Source of the DNA: Tubiluchus corallicola
Taxonomy: Eukaryota; Animalia; Priapulida
Reading direction: 5' to 3'
DNA: 42,836 nt
NCBI GenBank assembly: GCA_030141605.1
Contig: JAQGDQ010001395.1
Location: forward strand, 1 to 42,836
In this document: one piece after another, positions 25,343-37,662 of the stretch
Layout: every line of letters begins with the position of its first letter
How positions within the stretch are numbered: the first letter of the stretch is position 1
Notes under the pieces: model-generated
What the model was told of the DNA's origin: nothing
The model's input: the letters and a program-made list of their open reading frames with translations, nothing else
Databases searched by the model: none
Made by a program: the position numbers and the translations under genes

Positions 25343-25997
25343 AACATTAAAGAATGGCTCATATCCTTAAAGGAAGACAGGATGATTTCTCATATACTAC
25401 CCCATTTTCAAGTCTGATAAAAAGTTTACATTTTAACACAATTAAAACTGCAAAAGCATTTCTGATAACTAAATAATAGATTAAAATCTTAGTTAACGGC
25501 GGGCGCGCCCAACTATTGATGACATCACAAACTAACATAATTTTCAACAGCAGAACTATTCCACGAGCGTGTTGCACATGTTTGTGAAAAATGAAAATTC
25601 ATTTACAGTGCTACTGTAAGATATTCAGTGTGTTGTACTAAAACTCGACAAGTTTTAAGATAAAAACTCAGATTTCAAATTTAGAGCTGTGCTCACGCAT
25701 GAGCTGTCGAATGTATTTATATTTATATATGTGCGTGTGTATATATATATATAATCTTTATTGCACAAGTTATACACATTTACAGGTATGATAAAATACA
25801 TGAACGTATTTTATGTATGCTTGCAACACTGTAGAAATATTTCAATAAGTCTGTCACATCACACGTAATAGGTCAAGTTCTTGTGCCCCATTTCTACAGC
25901 AGGTTTGTTCATGGAGAATAATAGGATTAATTGTAAAAAGAGGTGAATCTCTAGCTAAGCTGCCACGCCACGATTCTACAGTTTGCAAAGAACTGTT

Positions 25998-26341
25998 AAA
26001 GGAAAGAACAAGTCATTCAGTATGTTGGGTTTATTTTACTGTTATCACTTAAACTGTTTGTGGTGTGCAAAAGGAAAGAACAAGTCATTCAGTATGTTGA
26101 GTTATTTTACTGTTGTCACTTAAACTGTTTGTGGTGTGCAAAAGGAAAGAACATGTGATTCAGTATGTTGGGTTTATTTTACTGTTGTCACTTAAACTGT
26201 TTGTGGTGTGCTAAAGGAAAGAACGAGTCATTCAGTATGTTGGGTTATTCTACTGTTATCACTTAAAGTGTTTGTGGTGTGTTAAAGGAAAGAAAGAGTC
26301 ATTCAGTATGTTGGGTTATTTTACTGTTATCATTTAAACTT
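25998..26341. repeat. ~71-bp minisatellite, 5 copies
   Basis: aaaggaaagaacaagtcattcagtatgttgggtttattttactgttatcacttaaactgtttgtggtgtgc repeated. Confidence 0.93.
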
Positions 26342-27221
26342 AGAATGTATAATAAGGAAATTTGCAAAGAACTGCCTATAACGCATAAATTTAAAATAAA
26401 CTACCACCGAATAGAAATTTTCAGGCGTGGTGGTTGCCGCCATTTACTTGAAAATTATGACTCAACTAGGAGGCCTCGTGACTTTTCGTAAGCACGTCGT
26501 GGCTTTCCGTAAACACGCGCTGTTTAAACTAATTCAAACTTCTGCAGCTTACCTAATGTTCACGCAAAAATATTACAAAATTAGCTGTTTATTTTCTTTG
26601 TAAAAACTTATTGTACTTTTGTTGAAGATTGACTGTGCGTTACTTTTCTTCAAGACGAATGACGTCATTGGAAGAAGAATGGGCATTTAAAATGGAATCG
26701 TTCAAGCATGAACTGATCGCGACTTTAAAGTGATTTTACTAGTTGCACGAGGCACTTATTGATGTTTTATTACTAAATCCTTCTAGCATTTTTCGCGAAC
26801 ATTGAAATAAGCCTGACCTCCTAGAAGGGTTGACTTTTCCTTTAATCAGCTTGTTTCACTTGATACAGCAAACTAAGTTATTTAATACATTTTTTTACAA
26901 AAGCTTAAAAAATTCGCGTTGAAATTTTATATCACTTACATGTTGTCTTGTATACAGGACTTGCGTTAGCAGTAACGCTGTATAAAACTTCCGCAATGAC
27001 CGTTAGACTCAGAATTTTAACGCTAGGTGGCATGAAACAAGCTTAGATAACTTTGCGTAAAGTTTGAAAAATAATCAGAGAATTCGTAGCATACATTTCG
27101 ATAGCTAAGCAACAGAATAAATTACTTTATATTGTCAATTGCCAGTAGTGTGGTTCTTTGGTGAGCCAGTGGTGCACACTGGGGCGGCGATCCAGTGCAA
27201 TGCTGACTAATATAACTTTCT

Positions 27222-28038
27222 GTGGAAGGTCTTTTGGGATATTTATATATATATATACTTCAAAACTTGTCATGCATTAACATCATATCAACAAATTAAG
27301 ACCCACTACATACAAAAAACTCACGTCTCCAACACAAAACATCAATAAAGCAATTTAAATTTAAATTTGTAATTATCTGTAAAGTTTAAAAGTTTTAAAT
27401 GAGTCTTAAGTCTTAATACCCCATAAGTGTTTCAAATTGTAAATTCATTTTTGACACTATTGTCACCAAACATCCATAGAGCTCACAATTTCAATTTCAA
27501 TTTGTAAATATTTAAAAGTTTAAAAGATTTGAAAACTCCACCTGTATATATATTTACATATGTATTTACATATTTACACTATGTATGTATATAAATATAT
27601 ATACATGTAAATATATATACATAGTGTATACATGTATAAAATTCTTTATTGCTATAAAACTTACACATCATTGAACATTAAACTAGACATTCAAAAATTG
27701 ATAGTGTCGCCATTGCTGTGTGCAATAGTTTTATAGAATGAAATGAATTTGCAATTAAAAATACAGGTGGAGTTGTAATTACGTCAATTTAAAATGTTAA
27801 AACTTTTAAATTTTTACAAATCGAAATTGAAATTGGAAGCTCTATGGATGTTTGGTGACAAAAATGAATCTACAATTAGAAACACGTATGAGGTATTAAG
27901 ACTTAAGACTCATTTAAAACTTTTAAACTTAAATTTAAATTGCTTTATTGATGTTTTGTGTTAGAGACTTGAGTTTTTTGTATATAGTAGGTTTTAATTT
28001 GTTGATATGATCTAAATGACAAGTTCTGATCTTCCACT
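27222..28038. mobile_element. Foldback / long inverted-repeat element
   Basis: Arms ~27263-27547 and ~27761-28025 are imperfect reverse complements around a ~215-bp AT-rich spacer. Confidence 0.8.
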
Positions 28039-28220
28039 GACTACAGACTCCTGGATGAACGTTGACAATACAATACATGGTTTGGTATTTTCATATTGAA
28101 TATTTTGAAGGCTAGTACAGTATTTTTCAGTTTATTTTTAATTTTTTTTAGAGTCAGGCTTTGATATTCCCTTTTCTTTCCCTTTAATCTGAATTGTTTT
28201 CCTAATCAATTGTTCCTAAT

Positions 28221-28652
28221 CAGGAAAAGGCTTGACCGAACGCAATGACCACACAGGACAAATGCCCATTGAGATGTTCAAAACTGAGTGTACGTTGATA
28301 TTTGCTGTCCAAGAGAAAGTGGCGAATTTGAAAAAGTTGAAACACGTTCAATTTATCAAACGAAGGTCAAAAATCGTGGGAAAGAATTATACCAGCTTAC
28401 AATTTATCCATTAAATGGCAACAAGCGTTGATTTACAAAAATCGTGCCAAGAATTATACCAGCTTACAATTTATCCGTTAAATGGCAACAAGCGTTGACT
28501 TACAAAAATCGTGCCAAGAATTATACCAGCTTACAATTTATCCATTAAATGGCAACAAGCGTTGATTTACGTACACATAAATGCGATTATGTTAGGACCA
28601 TTTTCAACACGGATTTACAAATAAAAATCATGCAGCTGAAAAGAAACTGAAT
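28221..28652 (+). pseudogene. Upstream duplicate of the 3' part of sulfotransferase exon 5 plus adjacent intron (source ~31636-31939)
   Basis: GKGLTERNDHTGQMPIEMFKTE versus GKGLTKGNDHTGQMPIEMFKTE. The intron portion has a ~67-bp block triplicated. Flanked by ttgttcctaatcag direct repeats. Confidence 0.88.
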
Positions 28653-28987
28653 AGATTTGTTGTTCCTAATCAGTTGTTCCTAACAGTAAAACTTAGTTTC
28701 TACCATAAATTCTGTATCCATGGTACGTAACTAAGCCTACTGAATCAATATGCTTTAATGCATGTTTACTCATATTTGTAAATTGAAAAAATCATGAATA
28801 TTATACGTGCTGTATGCTAGATGTTACTATACATTGTAACGTTATAAAATGCAATATTGTTTACGTTAGATCTGACCTTTGTACTCAACGTGACTGTAAT
28901 TATTAATAACAACCAATAGAATCATTACAACCAACCAACCAGCCTGTATAATAGACTTCAGTACATCGTACTAGTAAAACCAAGTAC

Positions 28988-29531
28988 TTAAAAAACCGGA
29001 TGATTGTGTAAACACGAGTTCAGAATAAAGAATGCTCTAAAATATTGAAAACTACAATAGCTTTTTTTAAATCAAAGCTTAGATTAAATAATAATTACCT
29101 CGGATACTCAAATTTTGTTCAATTTTCAAAGCTACGCGCGGCTCAGTGAATCTACTAAAATTGGCAGCGGCGCATTTTTGTCACATTCGCGTGGCGGACA
29201 AATAGAAGGCGGTACCGTGATAACCATGATCATGAACTGTGTTAATTTCTGACGTCATATGACGCCGAGCCATTTTCGCGACATCACGCGTTTAAGCAGT
29301 AACTCTTACGCAAACGTGCTTGACGCGCAAGAGAAGATGTCCGCCATTGCACAAACTGTGGTTAGTTTCTGACATAAGCAATAGCTGTGTTCGGTTGCCG
29401 TTAATTAACTTTCTAAGCTAATTATTCAAATATAAGAAACAATTGCAAACTTTTATACGCAAGAAAATGTATAGTTTGGACAGTAAATTGAAATGAGATT
29501 GAGTCTAAACAATCGTCCGGTTTTCCTTTAA
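28988..29531 (+). mobile_element. TTAA-flanked MITE family 2, near full length
   Basis: TTAAAAAACCGGATGATTG ... CAATCGTCCGGTTTTCCTTTAA inverted termini; fragments at 11402-11588 and 42170-42410. Confidence 0.75.
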
Positions 29532-29745
29532 TTTGTGAAAGGTTATTCTAGGAAGACGGGAGTTACACTTTTTAGTTTTTACAGCTACAAGGGGCTACCG
29601 TAATTGAAAATTTAAATTTTTAATTAAAGCAAATTTAGACTGAAAAATTAGTTAAATTGACGCTAAATTCATGTTCAGTTTCTGCGTCACTGAGTTTTTT
29701 CCACTGTAGGTCAACATACAGGCGTTTATACTGCTTTAATATTCC

Positions 29746-30340
29746 TTAAAACAAAACCGGACCCAATCTTAAACTGCAGGTCAAAACAATCTATTCTTTA
29801 AAATATTGAAAGGAAACATACTATTTTTCAAAAATGACTTACGTGGAAGAATTATTACCACACAAACACAATTTCACGTTCGCGCCACTAGCTCTTCGCT
29901 GTTACATAGATTTCGCCATTTGCTAGTTAGAAGGGCACTAGCGCCCGCTTTTCGGAAACGCATTGTACGAAAGACAGGTGCTGTACCTCTCAGTTAACTT
30001 GTCTTATTTTGTGACGGTACTACACACGATACACAGCTCATGCGCAAGCACAGCGATAAATTTGATATTTGAATTTTTATCTTAAAACTTGCCTAGTTTT
30101 AGTACAACACACTGTATATCTTACACCAGCACTGTACTTCAATTTTCACTTTTGCAAACACGTGCAACACGCTCGTGGAATATTTTTACTGTTCAAAATT
30201 ATGTTAGTTTGTGATGTCATCAATAGTTGGGCTCGTATGTCGTCAATTAAGATTTTAATCTATTATTTGATTGTCAGAAACGCTTTTGCAGTACTAATCG
30301 TGTTAAAATTTATACTTTCTAACAGACTTGAAAATGCGGT
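29746..30340 (+). mobile_element. TTAA-flanked MITE family 1, near full-length copy
   Basis: Colinear with 1199-1795. Confidence 0.78.
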
Positions 30341-30464
30341 CTTTAAACATACAGTGTGGTATTCAATGTTGTGCGTGAGTGCGTGAGTGCGTGAGTGACA
30401 ATACAAATGGTGTTGCGTGAATAAGACTTAATCTGTATTTTTATTTGCATTGTCTCTCTCACAG

Positions 30465-30629
30465 ATTTGCATTGTGGGATCGTAACAATGTCACCGCCCG
30501 GGACGCATAAACGCATAGCACTGGCAAGTCTTCCCGGATCCGGAAATACCTGGGTTCGGCACGCGATTGAACTCATGACGGGAGTATTTACTGGATCACC
30601 GTACGGCGATCCGATTCTTTTCCGAGCTG
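30465..30629 (+). CDS. WSC-domain sulfotransferase, exon 4 (5'-phosphosulfate-binding loop)
   Basis: ctcacAG| phase 1. IALASLPGSGNTWVRHAIELMTGVFTGSPYGD matches WSCD-type ALASFPGxGNTWxRHLIExxTGxxTGSxYxD. Donor GTAAGA at 30630, phase 1. Confidence 0.93.
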
Positions 30630-31081
30630 GTAAGATACTGCCGCGAAGATTACTTTTATTGTCGCGAGATGGCGCCACGTTACTGGTTTTATCTGGTAAC
30701 TGTTTTCGTTCTAATTACTGATGCCTATTATTTTGTTAAAGTCCCCAATTCTTATGCTTGCAAAGATGGAAACCAGGGTAGAGTGTTCACCTTTAAATGT
30801 GTCATAATATACAGGGTGGCGTAGAAAAAATATATGATATAAATGAAATCATTAGTGCACAAGTTATACACATTTACAGGTATCATGAAATACATGAAAA
30901 TATTAGATGTATAAACAGTGAAAGACTGTTGTAGGCAATAGTGTTAAACTAGAAAAAAAATTTATGGCAATTTTGCTGAAACCAATGTCCGGTACCCTCT
31001 TGGGGCCTTTTAACGGCCCTTCAAAAGACTCGTTGTTTAGAGTCACAACTATCATACTGGGGTGACGGATTACACAGTTAC

Positions 31082-31440
31082 AGTAAAATAATTCGTTGTA
31101 TTGGTTGTGTGAAGCTGATTATTGGTGTTTTAGGGATGGCAAAACTATGAAGAGTCTGATTATAAAACTACACGTTTATTGAACATCAAACACAATAAAT
31201 ATAACAGATAGTAATGCCAAGCCCCCTGATCTAGCCTGCTCTCCTTCAGCTCCCAGACTCAATCTCCTGAGCTGGGCGCATCACAAGGCTTATATATCGT
31301 GCGCCGAGCTTCGACGCCTCGATTCTGAATCACTTACTCACGTGACACCACTCCTTAACTGGCTTCATGCCAGCATTCATCAACATAATTATCTATCGTA
31401 ATCTAATGCTTTTAACATAATTTAACAGATCCTCTTTACT
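31082..31440 (-). mobile_element. Solo-LTR-like family B, copy 4
   Basis: Near-identical to 5486-5844; ends 39 bp upstream of exon 5. Confidence 0.7.
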
Positions 31441-31479
31441 GCTATTCCTCCTGTAATCTGACCTCTACTTTTACATTAG

Positions 31480-31704
31480 GTTTCTATGGAGAACGTGAAC
31501 GGAAAAAGGGAAGTACTATTGTGGTCAAAGAGCACAGTTCAGACAACTGTTCGCGAAAGTACGACGGTATTGGCGCCATACTGCTCATGCGCAATCCCTT
31601 CCACGCAACCGTTGCAGACTACAAGAGGCAGTATTCAGGAAAAGGTTTGACCAAAGGAAATGACCACACAGGACAAATGCCCATTGAGATGTTCAAAACT
31701 GAGC
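31480..31704 (+). CDS. WSC-domain sulfotransferase, exon 5 (3'-phosphate-binding motif)
   Basis: cattAG| phase 1. GFYGE...TIVVKEH...AILLMRNPFHATVADYKR. Donor GTATGT at 31705, phase 1. Confidence 0.92.
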
Positions 31705-31965
31705 GTATGTTGATATTTGCTGACCTTAAGAAAGTGGCGAGGTTGAAAAAGTTGAAACACGTTGAATTTATCAAACAAACGTCAAAAATCGTGCCAAGAA
31801 TTATACCAGCTTACAATTTATCCATTAAATGGCAACAAGCGTTGATTTACGTACATATAAATGCGATTATGTTAAGACCATTTTCAACACTGATTTACTG
31901 TGTGCAAATAAAAATCATGCACCAGAAAAGAAACTGAATTGCCTTCCTAGATTTGGTAACATTAA

Positions 31966-32547
31966 CAAGATCTATTTGTACTTTGAACTTTGAACCTATC
32001 TAATCATGATCTATTTGTACTTTGAACTTTAAACCTATCTAATCATGATCTATTTGTACTTTGAACTTTGAACCTATCTAATAACGATCTGTTTGTACTT
32101 TGAACTTTAAACCTATCTAATCACGATCTATTTGTACTTTGAACTTTGAACCTATCTAATCATGATCTATTTGTACTTTGAACTTTAAACCTATCTAATC
32201 ACGATCTATTTGTACTTTGAACTTTGAACCTATCTAATCACGATCTATTTGTACTTTGAACTTTAAACCTATCTAATCACGATCTATTTGTACTTTGAAC
32301 TTTGAACCTATCTAATGAACTTTGAACCTATCTGATGAACTTTGAACCTGTATAATATAAAACTATATAATATAATACTATAATATAATAAACTATAATA
32401 TAATTTATATAATATAAACTTTGAACTTATCTAATGAACTTTGAACCTATCTAATGAACTTTCAACTTATCTAATGAAGTTTGAACCTATCTAATGAACT
32501 TTAAACCTATCTAGTGAACTTTGAACCTATCTAATGAACTTTGAACC
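31966..32547. repeat. 39-bp minisatellite grading into a 19-bp subunit repeat, interrupted by (TATAA)n
   Basis: gatctatttgtactttgaactttgaacctatctaatcac x~9, then gaactttgaacctatctaat-type units. Confidence 0.92.
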
Positions 32548-32549
32548 TA

Positions 32550-33262
32550 CAGTAAGTCCTCGCTGAACGACGCTAATGCAATCCAACAGAATGCGACGTT
32601 AAGCGAAACGTCGTTAAATGAAGCCTAGACTTCCATAGAAAGTAATGTACAAGAATTGAGATACATTCCTTGACAAAAATCAATACTGCTAAATCATATA
32701 AGTTAAATCTATTCTATGAGTTTTATTCATATTTCTACTGATTAATGTCTTCCTGTTTGCCTGAAACCACCTACATATTTGACTTACCTACACCTAGCTT
32801 TAGTGGTTTCTCTTTTGTTGACATTAATGCCTAGTCAGCAGTTGACCAATAAACACAGCAGAGTCAAGCCCTTGGGCCGACCTTGGGAATTTTACCTACA
32901 TATTTAGTCTGGTTGCTATAGCAACAGATTGCAGACAAAATTGCTGGCTGGTCACTATACATACAAACCCCTACTAATACAGTAGCAGCGCCAGTAGTCA
33001 GTAGGGAAGCAAAAACATCTATAATAATTATACTGTTTACATTATAAGTGTGTTTTTAGAACAGAATAATCCAATAGCTGCTGTTTTAATGCATCAAATT
33101 AGGTAAAAATTTTGTTTATCAAGTAGAAAGTTGCCTTGAGCAAAGTAAAAAAAACGTCATTAAAGCGAATCAAGCATCATTAAGTGGGAAAAGATGTCAA
33201 ATGATCGGCGTCGTTAAAATGAAACGTTGTTAAACGGGGAGTCGTTAAGCGAGGACTTACTG
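32550..33262. mobile_element. pogo/Tigger-like (Tc1-mariner) non-autonomous element
   Basis: TA|CAGTAAGTCCTCGCTGAACGAC ... GTCGTTAAGCGAGGACTTACTG|TA: TIRs with a TA TSD. Confidence 0.88.
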
Positions 33263-33361
33263 TATCATAATCCATGTACAGTAGACACCTAATCGTTCTC
33301 TGAAAATCGCAAAAACTACATGCATAATTTTGAAACTAAAATCATTACTTTTTCTTTGCAG

Positions 33362-33723
33362 ATTTTCTACGTCATGCAAAACAGCATCTAGAATGGTGGC
33401 ACATCATTCACACTGAATACCTCCGTCTTGTTAAACCGTTGCTAGTCATTCACTACGAGCATTTACGAACTGACTTTCTTAACCAATTGCTACGCATTCG
33501 GGAGTTTCTGGGCGTCAAAGTTACAAAAGAAAGACTGAGATGTGCCGTCGAAAATAATCGTGGCAGCTTTAAGCGACCAACGAGCAAAACGAACTTTAGC
33601 GAAAGTTTCGATCCATTTCCGGATTATTTGAAAAATCTCACTAGTTCGTACATTAAAGAAGTGTCACATTTGTTACGCGCTGGAGGCCATCCGGATATGC
33701 CATCCGATTATATGCCGTCATGA
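33362..33723 (+). CDS. WSC-domain sulfotransferase, exon 6 (stop); spliced CDS 1464 nt / 487 aa
   Basis: ttgcAG| phase 1. WWHIIH..YL...KPLLVIHYEHLRTD...LREFLGV...RLRCAVENNRGSFKR...FDPF matches the WSCD C-terminus. TGA at 33721-33723. Confidence 0.93.
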
Positions 33724-33888
33724 CGGAGGTGGTCGTGAGATGCTACATTCTGTGGTCAACCGTCCAGTGTCCTTGCAAACTTCATCCATGTTTCAGGAGA
33801 TATTGTTGGTGCTACTTGATGCTTATGACTACTTCCTGCATGATAATAAGCCTTCTAAAAGTTCCAGTGACTGATGCTGATCGTGTAA

Positions 33889-34193
33889 AGGTCAAAGGTT
33901 AAGTGTACCAGACAACACCTTTGTGTACACTTGACAACGCCTCGCAGCCCAAGCTATTGCAATAGTGACAGTTTTCACGGTTAGCTAGAACCTTACCTAG
34001 TTCATTTTTTCTTGTTCGCAAACAAGATCCTGCTAGTAAATCACCTGCACACAGACAAATGCATAGAAAAGTAAAGTCCGTGTAAAACAATTAAAGCTAC
34101 TGAACTGACGTGGCAGATGGCTTTGCTTTACACACACGTCAAGTGCGCATCGTAGTTAAGACGCGTTGCTGCGATACACTTAACCTTTGACCT
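33889..34193. mobile_element. Inverted-repeat-bounded element, copy 2, 3' of the sulfotransferase stop
   Basis: AGGTCAAAGGTTAAGTGTA...TACACTTAACCTTTGACCT; homologous to 5866-6154. Confidence 0.7.
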
Positions 34194-35717
34194 ACAGCAA
34201 CTGCGCATATGCACAACGAAAGTGTGAAAAAATTTATTAAAATTAATTAAGACTCATTAATATCACAATTTAAAGTTTTAAAATAAACAACAATTTTATT
34301 AAATTCTAATAAAACACTAGATGACAATAATAGCCTTTAAATTACCGCAGCCATGCTGTCATGCTTCACAATGGAACTACTGCTGCCATCTATTAGTGGC
34401 AATTACAATAAACTAAATGACAATACTAGCTTTCACATTTTTGCAGCCGTGCCGTTCTGCTTCGCAAGAATAAAACTTGTGCTGCCATCTATTAATGGCA
34501 ATGCAGTGGAATTTTGTCCTAGAATATTTTGTATAATTTATTATTTAATAAATGGTTTGCTTTTAGGCAACTTTAAAATTTTATGGTTACGGGGCGGTGT
34601 GGGCTTATTTAACACTGTCTAAAGAATTGTTATTTACAGATTACTATAGTGTCGTGGAAAGAATAAATTTTGACTTGGAAAAAATATATGAAAGACTTAA
34701 TTTATAATTTTATATTGAATAAAATCCTATGTAAGTTTAGGAGTTTTTTTTTGTTCATCATGAATTTTAGCTTATTTGTAGAGGGGAGTTGGTTGGCATC
34801 CTTCTGTCTCGGAAGACATAAAGTGTGCGTCAAGAGAGTCAGTTATTGATCACATTGATGGAGCTGCAGCGTCGACTGTTTCTGAGCAGTGCGATCCTTG
34901 AACGTCTCCAGGGCGCACGCCTGGGCAAGGTGTATGGAGATCCTGAGTTACCCAGACAACAGGAACCCCCTCTCTTCCTCCCTGGTGTAGTCCAAAGGAA
35001 AGCGGAGCGATACGTTTGGCACCAGGTTGGCTGCAGGAGTTGCCGGAGTCACTGAGCTTGTTGCACTGGTCCGCCTTCGGGGCTCCACTCCTGATTTGAA
35101 AGGTTTGCTCCTCCTCACATGGCCGTTGGGTCATTTGACCAGAGGGGAGATACCATTGTGAATACATGGTATGAAATGTAAAAATGTCTGATAGTTTTGC
35201 CAACATAGGAAACATTGCAATTTCGATACATGAATTCGCATTATTATATTGTTTTGACCTAGAATTTAAGATAGGGTCCAAGTGTGTGTAGCAATTGTAA
35301 TGTGTGGCAGCTCAGCATTCTGAGGCGATTGCCTCTAGCTGCGGCTGTTATTTACAAAATCATCTGAGTCTGAAATCCACATCTGTCAAGATTCCCTCCC
35401 CCCCCCCTTGAACTTTAGTGCATCTCTGTACAAAACATTTAAAATGAAAAAGCAGGGCAAATATAACTATTTACTGATATTAAAAGTACTGTTTTTATGC
35501 AACAATGATAACAATTCACAAACTGAGCACAGATTTCACGACCCAGAAAAATGACCACTGGTATATAAGGAAAAAGTAAGCTAACTGTTTGTGGTGTGTC
35601 GAGTTTTTTCGTTTTCTTACTGTGGACAAAGTACTTTGTTGAGAACAGATCTCCGTGTTTCTACGCCGTTCCAAATAGGATAAAGTATCGTATATATTAA
35701 TTCTACTGGTTTATTTA

Positions 35718-35992
35718 TCTATATATTTATATATATATATATATATAAAATTCGAGGCTACAGCTCCAACGGCGGCACCATTTGCGGTGATGTATATATC
35801 AAGCGAAAGGTCTCGATCTAGTGTCGTGCCATTGGGCATTTATTTTTCGAATCGGGCCTACCGGGAGGAACGGGGGGAGGGGCGAAAAACCTCCACAAAT
35901 AGCCATTTTTTGGACGTTTTTTGCAAAAGTTATACTTTTGAGATCTGGAGAACGGGAACGGGCCATGGGTGGTGCTGGCTATGGATAGCTAG
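35718..35992 (+). mobile_element. Probable mini-Helitron
   Basis: A|TCTATATAT...AAAA 5' end; 3' imperfect hairpin ccatgg...ctatgg followed by CTAG. Confidence 0.5.
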
Positions 35993-35993
35993 C

Positions 35994-37369
35994 TGTTATG
36001 AATTTATTTTAGAATGTTGAATCATTCATAAGGAAAATAAAATTGAAATCAATTAATAAATAATTGGCATCTAAACGAAGATTATTCCGTTCAGGGAAAA
36101 GGATTCACCCAGCTTGTATCTTGAATTTAATGTATGTATGATAACATTTCGGACAACTGATTAATAATTAAAGCATTCAGCAAAGTAAGATATAAAATAT
36201 ATAACTATAGAATGAACTCTGTGAAATCTGAAAGGCGGTTAACCTATATTGTTTCAGATAGGGTTAAAGTTAAGAGCTAATTTGTAACTCATTACCTTAG
36301 TCCACCACCTCGAAGCTAAATAGCCAGTGGTAAACCCAATTGTCCATGATTGAGATCATGTAGGTACAGACAGACTCCGAACTAATTAAGTAAACGTTAA
36401 TAAAAGACTGAAAGTAGGGCTATGAAATTTTGGAACAGTGACATTACGGGACCTTGTCCCACTGATGGTAAATGCATCAGGGCAATGGTCAAGTCAGAAT
36501 GCTCTGATGACCAGCCACTGAGCGTGTCTTGTCACATGACTCGAGGTTCAAAAAGAGAGTGCACAGGGAATTAGGGGTTGCTGGTTCGAATTCTGGTCGA
36601 TGTCAAGAAGGTGACGGGATGGACTCTCAGACAGAAAACTCTTAAGGTAGGAGATCGTTTCTATTGCTCAGCGTAGAGTGAACATCTGCGTCGTTGGAAC
36701 TTCAACCACTGAAGCTTAGGACGGCTCGAGATACGAACAGGACTTGGCCAATTAAAGGAACTTGTAAGATTGGCCAGTCCCCGAGTTAAGTAACTTTATA
36801 CACTATATAGTATTGTTAAGCAATTTGTGCTTAACGGTGGAAGATTACATGTACTGATTAAAGTAACAGTTGTCTCGGAATTGAGGAATATTATATTGAG
36901 TTGTATAGCGACACTGCAGTCGTGAAATTTTGACACTGATTGTAAACGCAACAAGCGTAAATTTATTTGAATGTTGTTATTGTTAAAACCTCTTACTATA
37001 AGTTTGTCAAATCAATAAACCTGTATATCATTGTCAATAGCGTGTTCACTTTAATTTGTGAGATTTAGTATTACTCAGAAACCTTGCATACTCGTAGAGA
37101 TACTCGTAGAGATACTCACTCGCTCACTCACTCACAGATCTGTCACTCAAATCTACCATAAAGCATAATCATATTGAAGCGGCTTATTGCAGAGCCCAGC
37201 TAGCAAACTTGGGAGATACAGATTTACTTCACAACGCGTATTTCGTGGTCTGAGGTCGTCCATCATAGCCATTCCGACCCAGCCGAAGCTCCCGTAGTTG
37301 GGCAATTGATTAATTGACATTAACTGCCTAATCAGCGATCGTACTAACATTTTATTTGTTGAGGTAACA
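35994..37369 (+). mobile_element. Putative 5' LTR of the Gypsy-like element
   Basis: TGTTA...TAACA ends, AATAAA at ~37014, located just before the PBS. No second LTR in the window, so the left boundary is inferred. Confidence 0.5.
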
Positions 37370-37377
37370 GCAAAAAG

Positions 37378-37390
37378 TGGTGCCGTGACC
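37378..37390 (+). promoter_or_regulatory. Primer-binding site complementary to the tRNA-His 3' end
   Basis: TGGTGCCGTGACC is the reverse complement of ...GGUCACGGCACCA. Confidence 0.8.
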
Positions 37391-37662
37391 GCAGATAGTT
37401 AAAACTTTACAGGTTTGCATATTTCGCACAGTTATAGCATGTTGTATTTGAGAAGTGTATGTTGATTCTACGTTATGCTTTCAGGAAGCAAAGGAGATAA
37501 TGCCGCTAGCAGTTGTAATTAAGGCTTGTGTCAGTAATGGCAGAGCAGAAATTCACGGACCCAAATTAGTAAGTGATTATTGTTGACGGTGCATATAGCC
37601 GAGAGCCAGCCAGTTTATTGTATAGTTTGTGTTCAGAGTGAACTACTGTGTAAACTTAAGCA

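Noticed and set aside
36570-36600. B-box-like GGTTCGAATTC suggesting a tRNA or SINE (similar motifs near 23950 and 39640)
   Set aside because: No cloverleaf or properly spaced A box could be built.
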